From: a virus
Length of the DNA: 64,000 bases
Strand: one strand, 5' to 3'
IMG/VR virus record: IMGVR_UViG_3300025645_004731
Span: 26,616-90,615 of that record
A program made the position numbers and the translations under genes. A model generated the notes under the pieces. The model had not been told where the DNA came from and did not search any database. It was given only the letters and a program-made list of their open reading frames with translations. Below, piece by piece: positions 18,153 through 26,860 of the stretch (its first letter is position 1; every line of letters begins with the position of its first letter).

Positions 18153-19640
18153 TTATGTTTTGGTATTGGAGTCTTTGTCACCTTCGAAGAATGTCGAATC
18201 GGTATCTAGTGCGTTTGGAGCAACGCCCTTGCGTCGAACCATGTTATTTTTGTCAACTGGCTTCGCAACACTAGCGATAGAACCAGAACTAGTTGAACCA
18301 GCGCTTGATGTTTCTTCTAGTGGCTTATCATTATTATCTGTGCTGGAATAAAGAGAACTGTATGATTTTCTTATATCATAATCCGCCACTTTATTAAGCG
18401 CCGCGCCTATACCGGCAGCAGCGCCTCTTCCGATTCTGCCTGGGGTTGCTTTAATACTTGCCTTACCAGCCGATACTTTATTCGCTACCGCAGATTTCGC
18501 TCTACTACCAAGACTGGGCTTTTCTGGCTGAGTGGCACTAGGAGGTGTACTAACTTTAACTTTAGTAGGTGTTGTTTTTGTGGATGCTTTATTGAGGTCC
18601 GCGCCAAGCTCTTTATTGACACTGCCTGTGCTTCCACGTGAGCCATCACTTTTAATAGGCGCCCACATAGCACCCTGGTATTCATACTTTTGACCATTCT
18701 TGGTGACTGTCGCGCCTTTTGCTGGTTTGCCTTCGTCTAAATTGCTGTCATCTTTATCGGCAACATCATCATCTTCAACGCCACGCTTGGCTTTACTGTC
18801 ATCGATAGCTCTACTCATAATTGAACGCAATCTTTGTTGTGCTCTCATATTGTGACCTGGTTTTGTTTTGGCTTCATCAACCGAATCATCTTCTGGCAAT
18901 TCTGGCAATCTTGAGAATCCACGAGTACTTCCAGTTTTCTGGCCATTTGGTGCGGTTTCAATACTGCCTATATTACTGGATGGTCTTGCTTTTGGGCGAA
19001 GACTTGTCGCAGGAGCACTTGAACCCATTGCTTGACCAACCGCATTGTTAATTGCGTCTTTGTCAACAGCATATTCGTTCACCACACTAGTGACTAACTG
19101 AGTAGTACTCATAGTTGGTGCTTCCATAATAGTCAACATACGAACACGAGATTCGTCTTGTTTAATAAGAACTGGATATGCTTCCATAACTCTCTTCCAA
19201 GTTTTCAATCGTGCCACATCATGAAGATCACGTTCATTCAGATTACGATTAAAGTATTGGTTACTATGCTCTTGCGCAACACTTTCGCTGATTTGTTTTT
19301 TGACAACAATATTGCTTATCATTTTTTGTTCACTAATAACTCTGTATTCGTCTAGTGGAGATTTCCATTCACGTAACACACGCTCATATTCTTCGAAAGC
19401 ACGAGACTTCTCTTGGAGATAAAGAGATTTATCATCAGCATAAAGTCCTGCGTATTCGGTTAGACTGCGATGATACATTGTTTGTACTTGATCCCATCCA
19501 ATAATACCGTGAGCATAGCATTCAAATATGCTGTACATATGTGCCTGAATCATATCGAATTTAGTGTTAGTAATTTCGTAATGTTCTCTTAGTTTTCTGC
19601 TTGCGCTTACTATCTCGTATGCTACTTGAATTGGTGTCAT
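18153..19640 (-). CDS. Putative virion/head-associated modular protein
   Basis: Several hydrophobic-x-E linkers (IMEA, VNEY, VDEA, LDEG, LEET); ETSSAGSTSSGSIASV motif. Confidence 0.6.
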   Translation of the reverse strand: MTPIQVAYEIVSASRKLREHYEITNTKFDMIQAHMYSIFECYAHGIIGWDQVQTMYHRSLTEYAGLYADDKSLYLQEKSRAFEEYERVLREWKSPLDEYRVISEQKMISNIVVKKQISESVAQEHSNQYFNRNLNERDLHDVARLKTWKRVMEAYPVLIKQDESRVRMLTIMEAPTMSTTQLVTSVVNEYAVDKDAINNAVGQAMGSSAPATSLRPKARPSSNIGSIETAPNGQKTGSTRGFSRLPELPEDDSVDEAKTKPGHNMRAQQRLRSIMSRAIDDSKAKRGVEDDDVADKDDSNLDEGKPAKGATVTKNGQKYEYQGAMWAPIKSDGSRGSTGSVNKELGADLNKASTKTTPTKVKVSTPPSATQPEKPSLGSRAKSAVANKVSAGKASIKATPGRIGRGAAAGIGAALNKVADYDIRKSYSSLYSSTDNNDKPLEETSSAGSTSSGSIASVAKPVDKNNMVRRKGVAPNALDTDSTFFEGDKDSNTKT

Positions 19641-22600
19641 TTCTTTCCTCCAGGAATGTATTGTTGTGATCTTTTTAGTTGTAGTGGGTCGTATACTTGT
19701 ATTGCCTTAAAGTCTAAATTCTTTTTGGCTGCAGAGCCAATTCCAGCAAGTGCTCCCATACCAATCGCTTTTGCGATATTCTTCGTAGTGTTGCTTTTCG
19801 TATCGGTTTTCGTATCTGGCGTTATTTGTACCCGGGACTGAGTAGTAGCAACAGGAGCAGTTTGTGTAACTGTTTTACTTATGTCATTTAATGCAGTAGT
19901 GTCTGTCTGGCTAGGAGGAATAACAGGCTGAGACATTGCCGTATCTTCCGCATCTAACTCTTTTTGTAACTCTGCTTGAGCCTGAGCATCTGCTTTAGCT
20001 TTTGCTGTATCTGATACCGTTTTAGCTTTTCTGGCAGCTACTTCCGCATTACCATCCGCATTACCACGACCTTGTGTGGACACTGCTGGAGTAGAAATCG
20101 CGGTATCAATCGATGGCGCCGATACATCTAACTCTGGCGCACCTAACTTTGATGGAGATGTGATATTAATGTTAGGATCTATCTCGGAGGTTGATGGTGT
20201 ACTAGCATCTGTTGGCAGTTCTGGTGTCTGTAGCTCGGGCGATTTAGTATCAATATCGGTCCGAGTGCCTACATCTGGCGCGGTAAATTCTGTATCTGTC
20301 TTTGGAACAGATAGTTGTTCAGGTCCATCAGTAGTATTCGTGGTGTCGTTGAATGGATTAAATGACTGCCCCGATGTGTCGTCAGCTTCTGGAGCTGTCG
20401 GCTCTTCTATGCGTGTTGTTGTTTCTGGCTCTGGTGCTGTTCGTGTGATACTATCAGAAGGTTCGCCTTCTATTTCGATCTTCTGTGGACCATCAGGAGT
20501 CTTAATCGTAACAACACCATCCTCGAATCCGTTATACTCGCCATCCAATGTAATACCAGTGGTGGCATCTGTGTATGTGATTTTTGCTCCGTCTTCGAGG
20601 TCAGACATAACAACAGGACCTTTTTCGAGCGGCGCAGGCTCAGGAGTAAACTCTTGCTCTGGATCTAGGTCTACTTGCGGTCCATCAGCAGGAGTTTTAT
20701 CAATTTCGCTGTCGACCTCACTACCAGTTACATCAGAAGTTTCGTCGTCTGCTGATGGTTCAGTCAGTGTAGGAGTCCCTCCATCAAACTCTGGCGGTCT
20801 GCCGTCTGGGCTGTCAAATTCTGTATCTAATTCTGGTGCTACTAATTCTGGACCAGTGGCACTGGCTGTGGTATCGGCGAAGGGTCCATCTTTCATGCCA
20901 GATGTGTCGTCGACCTCAGGAGTTGTTGGCTGAGATGTACTCGCCTGCGCTTCTGTATCTTCGGGAGACGTTATCTCAATACTGTCAGATGGATCACCCT
21001 CTACTTCGATTGTCTGTAGACCATCTGGAGTTTCAATAGTAAGAACACCGTCCTCGAATCCGCTGTATTCGCCATCTAATGCAATACCAGTAGTCGGATC
21101 TGTGTATGTGATTTTTGCTCCGTCTTCGAGGTCAGACATAACATCAGGACCTTTTTCTAGAGGACCGGGTTCTGGAGTAAACTCTTGTTCTGGATCTAGG
21201 TCTACTTGCGGTCCATCAGCAGAAGTTTTATCAATTTCGCCGTCAACCTCACTACCAGTTACACCAGAAGTTTCATCGTCAACCGCTGGACTGACTGGTT
21301 GGTCTGTGTCTGTAGATACTGTAGGAGACTCATCGCCGGGCGGAGTATTCGCTGCTGGAGGTGTCCAGTCGCCGGTATCGGTATCTGTATTATCGCCATC
21401 ATCTACGCTTCCGTCTGGCATTGGCACGACAGGAGCTAATGTTCTCTCTTTAGTTGTGCCATCCTTATTCGGAGTGACTAAAGTTCCCTGTGAGGTTGGA
21501 TCAATATTCTCATCTTGCCACTGTGACGTTAGGGCATCATGATTTTGATGTCCTGTACTACCAAGGGATCCATCTTCTTTAACCGGCGCCCACATTTGTC
21601 CCTGAAATTTGTACTCTTGACCATTAAAAGTAGTAGTGGAATCTTTAGGTGGTTTGCCGCTTAGGACAGGTGACGGAACTACGATATCTTCTTGTTGTAA
21701 GTCTGCTTCTACTTCTGATAAATTATCGTCATTGATATTTTCAACACCATTTGGTAGAATTTCACTAATAATGCCATCATACTGAGCATTTAGATTTTTC
21801 AGATATGCTTCTGCTTCACGAGCAGACATAGTGCCACTAGCGATTAGCTGTTTTGATAGCGCAACGGCACTATCTTTATTTGGTACTACCGGCGGAGTGA
21901 CGGTTTTGACTGTATCTCTATCTCTGGCATCTAGTTCAATATTACCATCGCCTCTGCCACTGCCAACAACTGGCTGAGTGATCTTAGCAACACCACTCTT
22001 GTTATGAGTGTCGCCGTACTCATGTTCCCAGAACGCTTGATCACCAATTAGATTATCTTTTAATATCTGCTGTTCTCTTGTCTGAGCACTAACTGCCGCC
22101 CTTGCTCCTGTAAAGTTATACGGATCACCGGGGGTATCTTCGCTTGGTCTTGCTCCGTTGGCACCATCTATGCTATCATCAGGTCCCAGTGGCTGTCCAT
22201 CTGGATCTTTAGGACTACCATCTGGATTATGCGTGTCGCTGAACTTCGCATCCCATGATTTTTGGTCAGTCTCAAGCTGGTTTCTGGCTTGAGTCATTCC
22301 CATGCTGAAGTCTATTTGCTGTTGTAGCATTGCTAATTCTTGAGTAGTGCCGGTATTATCCGCAGTCGGAAACGCATCTGTGTTATCTACGAGATTTGCG
22401 ATATTGTCCGGAATACTGTCATTGTTTTGTCTGCTGCTAAAAAGTACTTGATCTCTGGACCACGTCTGGTTTCCTCTATCAGCGTCATTAATGAATTTAA
22501 TTTGTCCTGTGCTGATATACTCTTGCTGCTGTCTTGCGTTGAGATCAGTCCATACCGGAGCTTCTAAATTGCTTTTGCCCGTAATACGAGCATCGAATTT

Positions 22601-24439
22601 TCTAACATCTTCTAGACTTGCCATGACATCATTAAGATCGCCCTCGCTATCAAGTCCTAGAAGAGCCGCTGTTTCTCTCAAATCTTCTTCATTTTCGAAG
22701 TTAACGATAGCCATGTTTTCGTTGGTATCAATACTAACATCGTCCATCAATTCGAGTAATCTTATTGATCTGCTATTTTTTTCTAAATCCTCTAGTGTGT
22801 ATCTTACGCCATCAATCTCGACATCATCTTGTCTATAAAACCCAACTGTACTATTCATTCTTGCAAGTACTTCTGGATCAACATCGGCTGTTGTCTTTAG
22901 TCCGCGTTCTTTTACCAACTCGGCTAATCTCAGCTTTCCATTTTCGTCCACCGCATATTGTCTTAGAGTGTTTGGATCCATTTCTAGGATGTTAATCAAA
23001 GACTGTACATCTGTTTCGCCGCCCATAAAGAACTGTCGGTACATTGCTCTACCGGCTTTTTGTGCCTTATCGCCAGTGCCAATTGTATCGGCAATCATAC
23101 TAGTAGCAACAGCGGCATTGCCAGCTATAATTCCGTTATACGCCGCATTGAATACACCTTCGCCCGCTGTTGTTATTTCTCCAGCTGCGTTCATAACTCC
23201 TAAGTTGGTAAGTAACTGTTCCACCCCTTCACTCACACCTTCAGCAGCAAGACCGGTTAACTTTTTTCCTGTGTATGTGACTGGCGATATTACGGCTTTT
23301 AATAATGCCGCGCCAAGATTTCTCGGCCTGATAGGACTTTTGCCATATAGTATCTTATTCTGGACAGTATCCAGAACGCCACCTGACGCAGCCACCATGT
23401 AGAATGCGTTGCTTATTGCGCTGTGTGTGATTTGTTCTCTTGCTAAATTCTCTGCTGCGCTTTCTAAATCTTCTGCGCTACCGGTAAACCCATCACCATC
23501 ATTAGTCAACTGTGTTCGTGCTGCTTCTAGGGCAATTGCCCATTGTGGCTGCTGTTGTAGCCTTCCATCATCATACGCAGAATCAATACTTTTTTGAATT
23601 TCCGCGGCTGCTGCGCCGCCTGCTTCCATACCATTTAGCGCAGTACTAGCTGCTGCTCCGGCAATTGGAGATAGCATTGTCATAAGTGCGACATCTACGA
23701 TTTCACTGGGCAGTTCTTCGGCCATTATGCCAAAGACGCCTTCCCAATTAGCACCGCTCATGCCTGTCATTAATAATGCCAGATCACCTAAATTATTCAC
23801 TGCTCCAGCTGTTGAGTCTACGCTATCTCGGAATTTTTGATCTGTTCTATCTTTTAAGAAACTTTCGAAGTCATCCATCCACATGTCATCGTACACACGC
23901 TTGCCAGTTTCTGGATCAATACTGCTTGATGCTAATGTTGCTGGTAGAAAAATAGGCTCAACTGCGCCATTGGTGACAAAACCCAGAACATCATCTGCTA
24001 CCTTGGCTGTGCCTTTGGTAACAGCGCTTGCCTGCTGAACTATACCACCAGCAGCGGTCCATGCTAAATTTTCTAATGCGCCATTTGTATCATATGGCTT
24101 GACTTCTCCATTTTCGTCTAGGAGTAACCCTGGCATACGACCGCCATCAATCCACTTTTGTTGTGCTGCTGCCGTAGCCGCTGGAACCTGACCTTCGCCT
24201 TCTCCTATCTCCATCACTCTTGGCTCAAACCATCCTTCTGGCTGAGTAAGTCTGTCTCCTGGCCCTTCTACCTGAGGGAATGGCTGACCAATCATCAGAT
24301 ATACATCGGCAGGAGACATAGTGATAGTTCTCGGAGCAACCGATGACTCGTTATCCGCAGAAGGCTCAGCTTCGAAAACCAATTCTGTTTCGAAGTCTTT
24401 ACTTTCAGTAAGTTGATTTATAAAATCAGTAAATTTCAC
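19637..24439 (-). CDS. Very large (~1600 aa) acidic virion/ejected protein with internal duplication
   Basis: GTG start with GAGG RBS; KFTDFINQLTE leader; Ala/Gly hydrophobic helices, then D/E/P/T-rich repeats. Confidence 0.7.
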   Translation of the reverse strand: MKFTDFINQLTESKDFETELVFEAEPSADNESSVAPRTITMSPADVYLMIGQPFPQVEGPGDRLTQPEGWFEPRVMEIGEGEGQVPAATAAAQQKWIDGGRMPGLLLDENGEVKPYDTNGALENLAWTAAGGIVQQASAVTKGTAKVADDVLGFVTNGAVEPIFLPATLASSSIDPETGKRVYDDMWMDDFESFLKDRTDQKFRDSVDSTAGAVNNLGDLALLMTGMSGANWEGVFGIMAEELPSEIVDVALMTMLSPIAGAAASTALNGMEAGGAAAAEIQKSIDSAYDDGRLQQQPQWAIALEAARTQLTNDGDGFTGSAEDLESAAENLAREQITHSAISNAFYMVAASGGVLDTVQNKILYGKSPIRPRNLGAALLKAVISPVTYTGKKLTGLAAEGVSEGVEQLLTNLGVMNAAGEITTAGEGVFNAAYNGIIAGNAAVATSMIADTIGTGDKAQKAGRAMYRQFFMGGETDVQSLINILEMDPNTLRQYAVDENGKLRLAELVKERGLKTTADVDPEVLARMNSTVGFYRQDDVEIDGVRYTLEDLEKNSRSIRLLELMDDVSIDTNENMAIVNFENEEDLRETAALLGLDSEGDLNDVMASLEDVRKFDARITGKSNLEAPVWTDLNARQQQEYISTGQIKFINDADRGNQTWSRDQVLFSSRQNNDSIPDNIANLVDNTDAFPTADNTGTTQELAMLQQQIDFSMGMTQARNQLETDQKSWDAKFSDTHNPDGSPKDPDGQPLGPDDSIDGANGARPSEDTPGDPYNFTGARAAVSAQTREQQILKDNLIGDQAFWEHEYGDTHNKSGVAKITQPVVGSGRGDGNIELDARDRDTVKTVTPPVVPNKDSAVALSKQLIASGTMSAREAEAYLKNLNAQYDGIISEILPNGVENINDDNLSEVEADLQQEDIVVPSPVLSGKPPKDSTTTFNGQEYKFQGQMWAPVKEDGSLGSTGHQNHDALTSQWQDENIDPTSQGTLVTPNKDGTTKERTLAPVVPMPDGSVDDGDNTDTDTGDWTPPAANTPPGDESPTVSTDTDQPVSPAVDDETSGVTGSEVDGEIDKTSADGPQVDLDPEQEFTPEPGPLEKGPDVMSDLEDGAKITYTDPTTGIALDGEYSGFEDGVLTIETPDGLQTIEVEGDPSDSIEITSPEDTEAQASTSQPTTPEVDDTSGMKDGPFADTTASATGPELVAPELDTEFDSPDGRPPEFDGGTPTLTEPSADDETSDVTGSEVDSEIDKTPADGPQVDLDPEQEFTPEPAPLEKGPVVMSDLEDGAKITYTDATTGITLDGEYNGFEDGVVTIKTPDGPQKIEIEGEPSDSITRTAPEPETTTRIEEPTAPEADDTSGQSFNPFNDTTNTTDGPEQLSVPKTDTEFTAPDVGTRTDIDTKSPELQTPELPTDASTPSTSEIDPNINITSPSKLGAPELDVSAPSIDTAISTPAVSTQGRGNADGNAEVAARKAKTVSDTAKAKADAQAQAELQKELDAEDTAMSQPVIPPSQTDTTALNDISKTVTQTAPVATTQSRVQITPDTKTDTKSNTTKNIAKAIGMGALAGIGSAAKKNLDFKAIQVYDPLQLKRSQQYIPGGKK
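20320..21285 (-). repeat. Intragenic tandem duplication (~400-bp similar blocks, about 530 bp apart) in the 1600-aa gene
   Basis: DDETSxVTGSEVDxEIDKTxADGPQVDLDPEQEFTPEP...MSDLEDGAKITYTD.TTGI.LDGEY.GFEDGV occurs twice with high DNA identity. Confidence 0.9.
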
Positions 24440-24917
24440 CAGTAGTATCCTCGCCTGGTAATGCCATTGGCAGGTCATCAACTACGACGGTTTCTTCGCC
24501 ATCAATACCGTGTGGGTTAACATCTAGGTATTCCATATAATGCTTTACGCTACCGATATAATCGCTTGCTTTTGTGATTTTACTTTGAACCCATGGCTCT
24601 AAGCTATCATTGTCACTGATCATACCGTGAAGAGCAATAGCATACTTCGCAAGTTTATACAACTCACTCTTTGCCATCCATCCATCATCGTCGGTATCAT
24701 CTAGAACACCTTCCATGATTTCACTTGTATAAACCACTGGTGTTTTGCCTTCTTTAAGTTCAGGCAGATGACGCTTGAGATAGCTTTTTGCTACATCAAT
24801 ATCTTCGAAAACCTTTACTTGTACTTTGTTAACATCACATACTACATAACCTTCAGCAATTTTCACAACTGATGGTCTAGTGATTTCTTTTTTAGTTTCA
24901 ATTTTGTCTAATCTCAT
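24426..24917 (-). CDS. Conserved head-associated protein
   Basis: MAKSELYKLAKYA..LH.MI...LEPWVQSKITKA.DYI.SV.HYMEY motif; late TAAATA upstream. Confidence 0.65.
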   Translation of the reverse strand: MRLDKIETKKEITRPSVVKIAEGYVVCDVNKVQVKVFEDIDVAKSYLKRHLPELKEGKTPVVYTSEIMEGVLDDTDDDGWMAKSELYKLAKYAIALHGMISDNDSLEPWVQSKITKASDYIGSVKHYMEYLDVNPHGIDGEETVVVDDLPMALPGEDTTGEIY

Positions 24918-24981
24918 GGGAGTTCTCCGGGTATGTTATATATACTTATTTATCGTTCAATTTAAGATTTGTTATTAGCGA

Positions 24982-25848
24982 TTATTGTTCTCGGCGGCGT
25001 TGCTCTTCGTGGAACAATCCTTCGATATATTTGTAATCTTTGTCGTATAATTCAACATCTTTCCTTAGCAGAGTACACCCAAATGCCGTGGGCCACACCA
25101 CGCTTATTGATAGCCAATCAGTTTTACTATACACACTGTATCGACTCCATAACCAATGCTCAAATGGAATTTCTGGATTTACTAGAAAATCACTTAATAG
25201 ATGCTTGTCGGTAGATGATAACTTTATTAATTCATTATCCATATTCTTTAAGAAATTATGCATCAGGTCTGGTTTTCCAATAAAACAAAAATCTCCGAAA
25301 AACGGCAGACCATTTTTAATTTTCAACCAAGGAGTAAAGATATTATCGCTAAACACTGAGTTTTTATACATATTATTAAACAACTGTAGCCATTGTCGTT
25401 CTGGGATATTATTAAATATGTTGTCTGTTCTTGTCTTGATAACAATGTCATATTCACTGAGTGGACCAGCCATTCTGGCGCCTCTTGCGCTAGCTAGATA
25501 CATACCTGGAAAATTATACGCATAGTTATCGTAATTTTCTCCTTGATAGCATACCAGATGCCGAATGTTCTCGGATGTTAGATCCCAGTCTGTGGCATCA
25601 GCGTTTGCCTGCCTAACTTGATGTCTATGACTATGAAACGCCTCGTCGTAGTTGCCAATTTCAAACTTTACTGGATCATATGCGTTAACAATTCGGTCGG
25701 CAAGATCATCTGACCCATCGTCCCACAAATAAACATAATAATCTACTTTTAGATTACCACAGGTTTTCGGAAAAACCTTTTCTCTATTCCAGAATCCTGA
25801 CTGCTGTACGTGCCTAGCTTGTCCCGTAATTAGTACAGCTATTCTCAT
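24982..25848 (-). CDS. Glycosyltransferase-like hypothetical protein
   Basis: MRIAVLITGQAR...YDIVIKTRTD...D.CF.G pattern. Confidence 0.55.
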   Translation of the reverse strand: MRIAVLITGQARHVQQSGFWNREKVFPKTCGNLKVDYYVYLWDDGSDDLADRIVNAYDPVKFEIGNYDEAFHSHRHQVRQANADATDWDLTSENIRHLVCYQGENYDNYAYNFPGMYLASARGARMAGPLSEYDIVIKTRTDNIFNNIPERQWLQLFNNMYKNSVFSDNIFTPWLKIKNGLPFFGDFCFIGKPDLMHNFLKNMDNELIKLSSTDKHLLSDFLVNPEIPFEHWLWSRYSVYSKTDWLSISVVWPTAFGCTLLRKDVELYDKDYKYIEGLFHEEQRRREQ

Positions 25849-25861
25849 TTGTGCGTGCCTT

Positions 25862-26500
25862 TTATCCTATAGGTAGTTCAGTGTCTGGCGTATGAAAGTT
25901 TTTCTTACGCATTACTGTTTTTGCAACCAAGTCCAATTCTTTATTATTATTGTCCCAGTTTAACACAAACGGTACATTAACGTCACTGCGCATGTCTTTG
26001 ATAACAGCCTCGGCATCTGGACCCATCTGTGCGATTTGCTTTCCATACTTAGTATAAGCGTCTTTGAACAAAATAGCAAGCTCTTTTAACGTGATTTGTT
26101 GTTTATTTCGTGTATCATTCGCTCTGTCCAAGAAGTGCCTGGTGAACTCAACGTCCATGCCAAGATTCTTAAACAACGCATCAAGATACTCTTCTAACTT
26201 GTTTAGCATAATCTGTGTGATTTCTTTAGCATTTGCTTCATCTTCTGTGACTGAGAATTCATCACGATACATTTTCTCTAATTCTTTTGGGTTAAATCCA
26301 AACTCACGAGAAATTTGAAATGCGTAGCCGCCAATGCCCTGTCGATTACCGTCCGAACTCACTAGATCATGTAATGATTGTAACATACTGTTAATAAATC
26401 GCTGTTTTTGCGCAGCATTTAATTTATTAATCAGTTCATCTTTACTGATGGCTTCTGATAGTTCTGGAATATTATTTTCGATAAGTTCTGATAGTTTCAT
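25862..26500 (-). CDS. Putative head-internal modular protein (MKLSELIE leader)
   Basis: C-terminal module DVEFTRHFLDRAND.RN...LVAKTVMRKKNF. Confidence 0.65.
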   Translation of the reverse strand: MKLSELIENNIPELSEAISKDELINKLNAAQKQRFINSMLQSLHDLVSSDGNRQGIGGYAFQISREFGFNPKELEKMYRDEFSVTEDEANAKEITQIMLNKLEEYLDALFKNLGMDVEFTRHFLDRANDTRNKQQITLKELAILFKDAYTKYGKQIAQMGPDAEAVIKDMRSDVNVPFVLNWDNNNKELDLVAKTVMRKKNFHTPDTELPIG

Positions 26501-26511
26501 AGTCATTGTCC

Positions 26512-26661
26512 TTAGCCGTGTTCAAATCTTGCTGCTGATTGTGGTACATTATTGATGTTCTCACAATACTGTTTCCAGTAAGCATTTCTTTCGTTAGTAC
26601 TCGCTCTGCGGTCCTCGTGCTCTTTACATTTCTTTATATAATGTACCCTATCTATTGTCAT
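26512..26661 (-). CDS. Small hypothetical protein (49 aa, not in ORF track)
   Basis: MTIDRVHYIKKCKEHEDRRASTNERNAYWKQYCE...; fills the gap. Confidence 0.5.
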   Translation of the reverse strand: MTIDRVHYIKKCKEHEDRRASTNERNAYWKQYCENINNVPQSAARFEHG

Positions 26662-26860
26662 TATTTAACTCCAATATTTTGGCAAGTTCTCTGATCTTGT
26701 CACTTGCGTATGTTTCAAAGTAACGAGGAGCAAACATGTGAACAAGTATCGCTAGTTCTGCTTTTTTAAGTTCGACTAGGAACCCAAAGGCAAACTTAAA
26801 ATGTTGCCACCGTGACATATTTACATCTTCCAGATGTGATTTGCATTTCTTACTGAACAT
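26648..26860 (-). CDS. Small hypothetical protein (DUF6356-like)
   Basis: HL..V.MS.WQHF.FA...H.FAP..FETYAS. Confidence 0.6.
   Translation of the reverse strand: MFSKKCKSHLEDVNMSRWQHFKFAFGFLVELKKAELAILVHMFAPRYFETYASDKIRELAKILELNNDNR

Noticed and set aside
18003-18209. Plus-strand Thr/Phe-rich 68-aa ORF
   Set aside because: Antisense shadow of the TGT-rich metallothionein-like gene.
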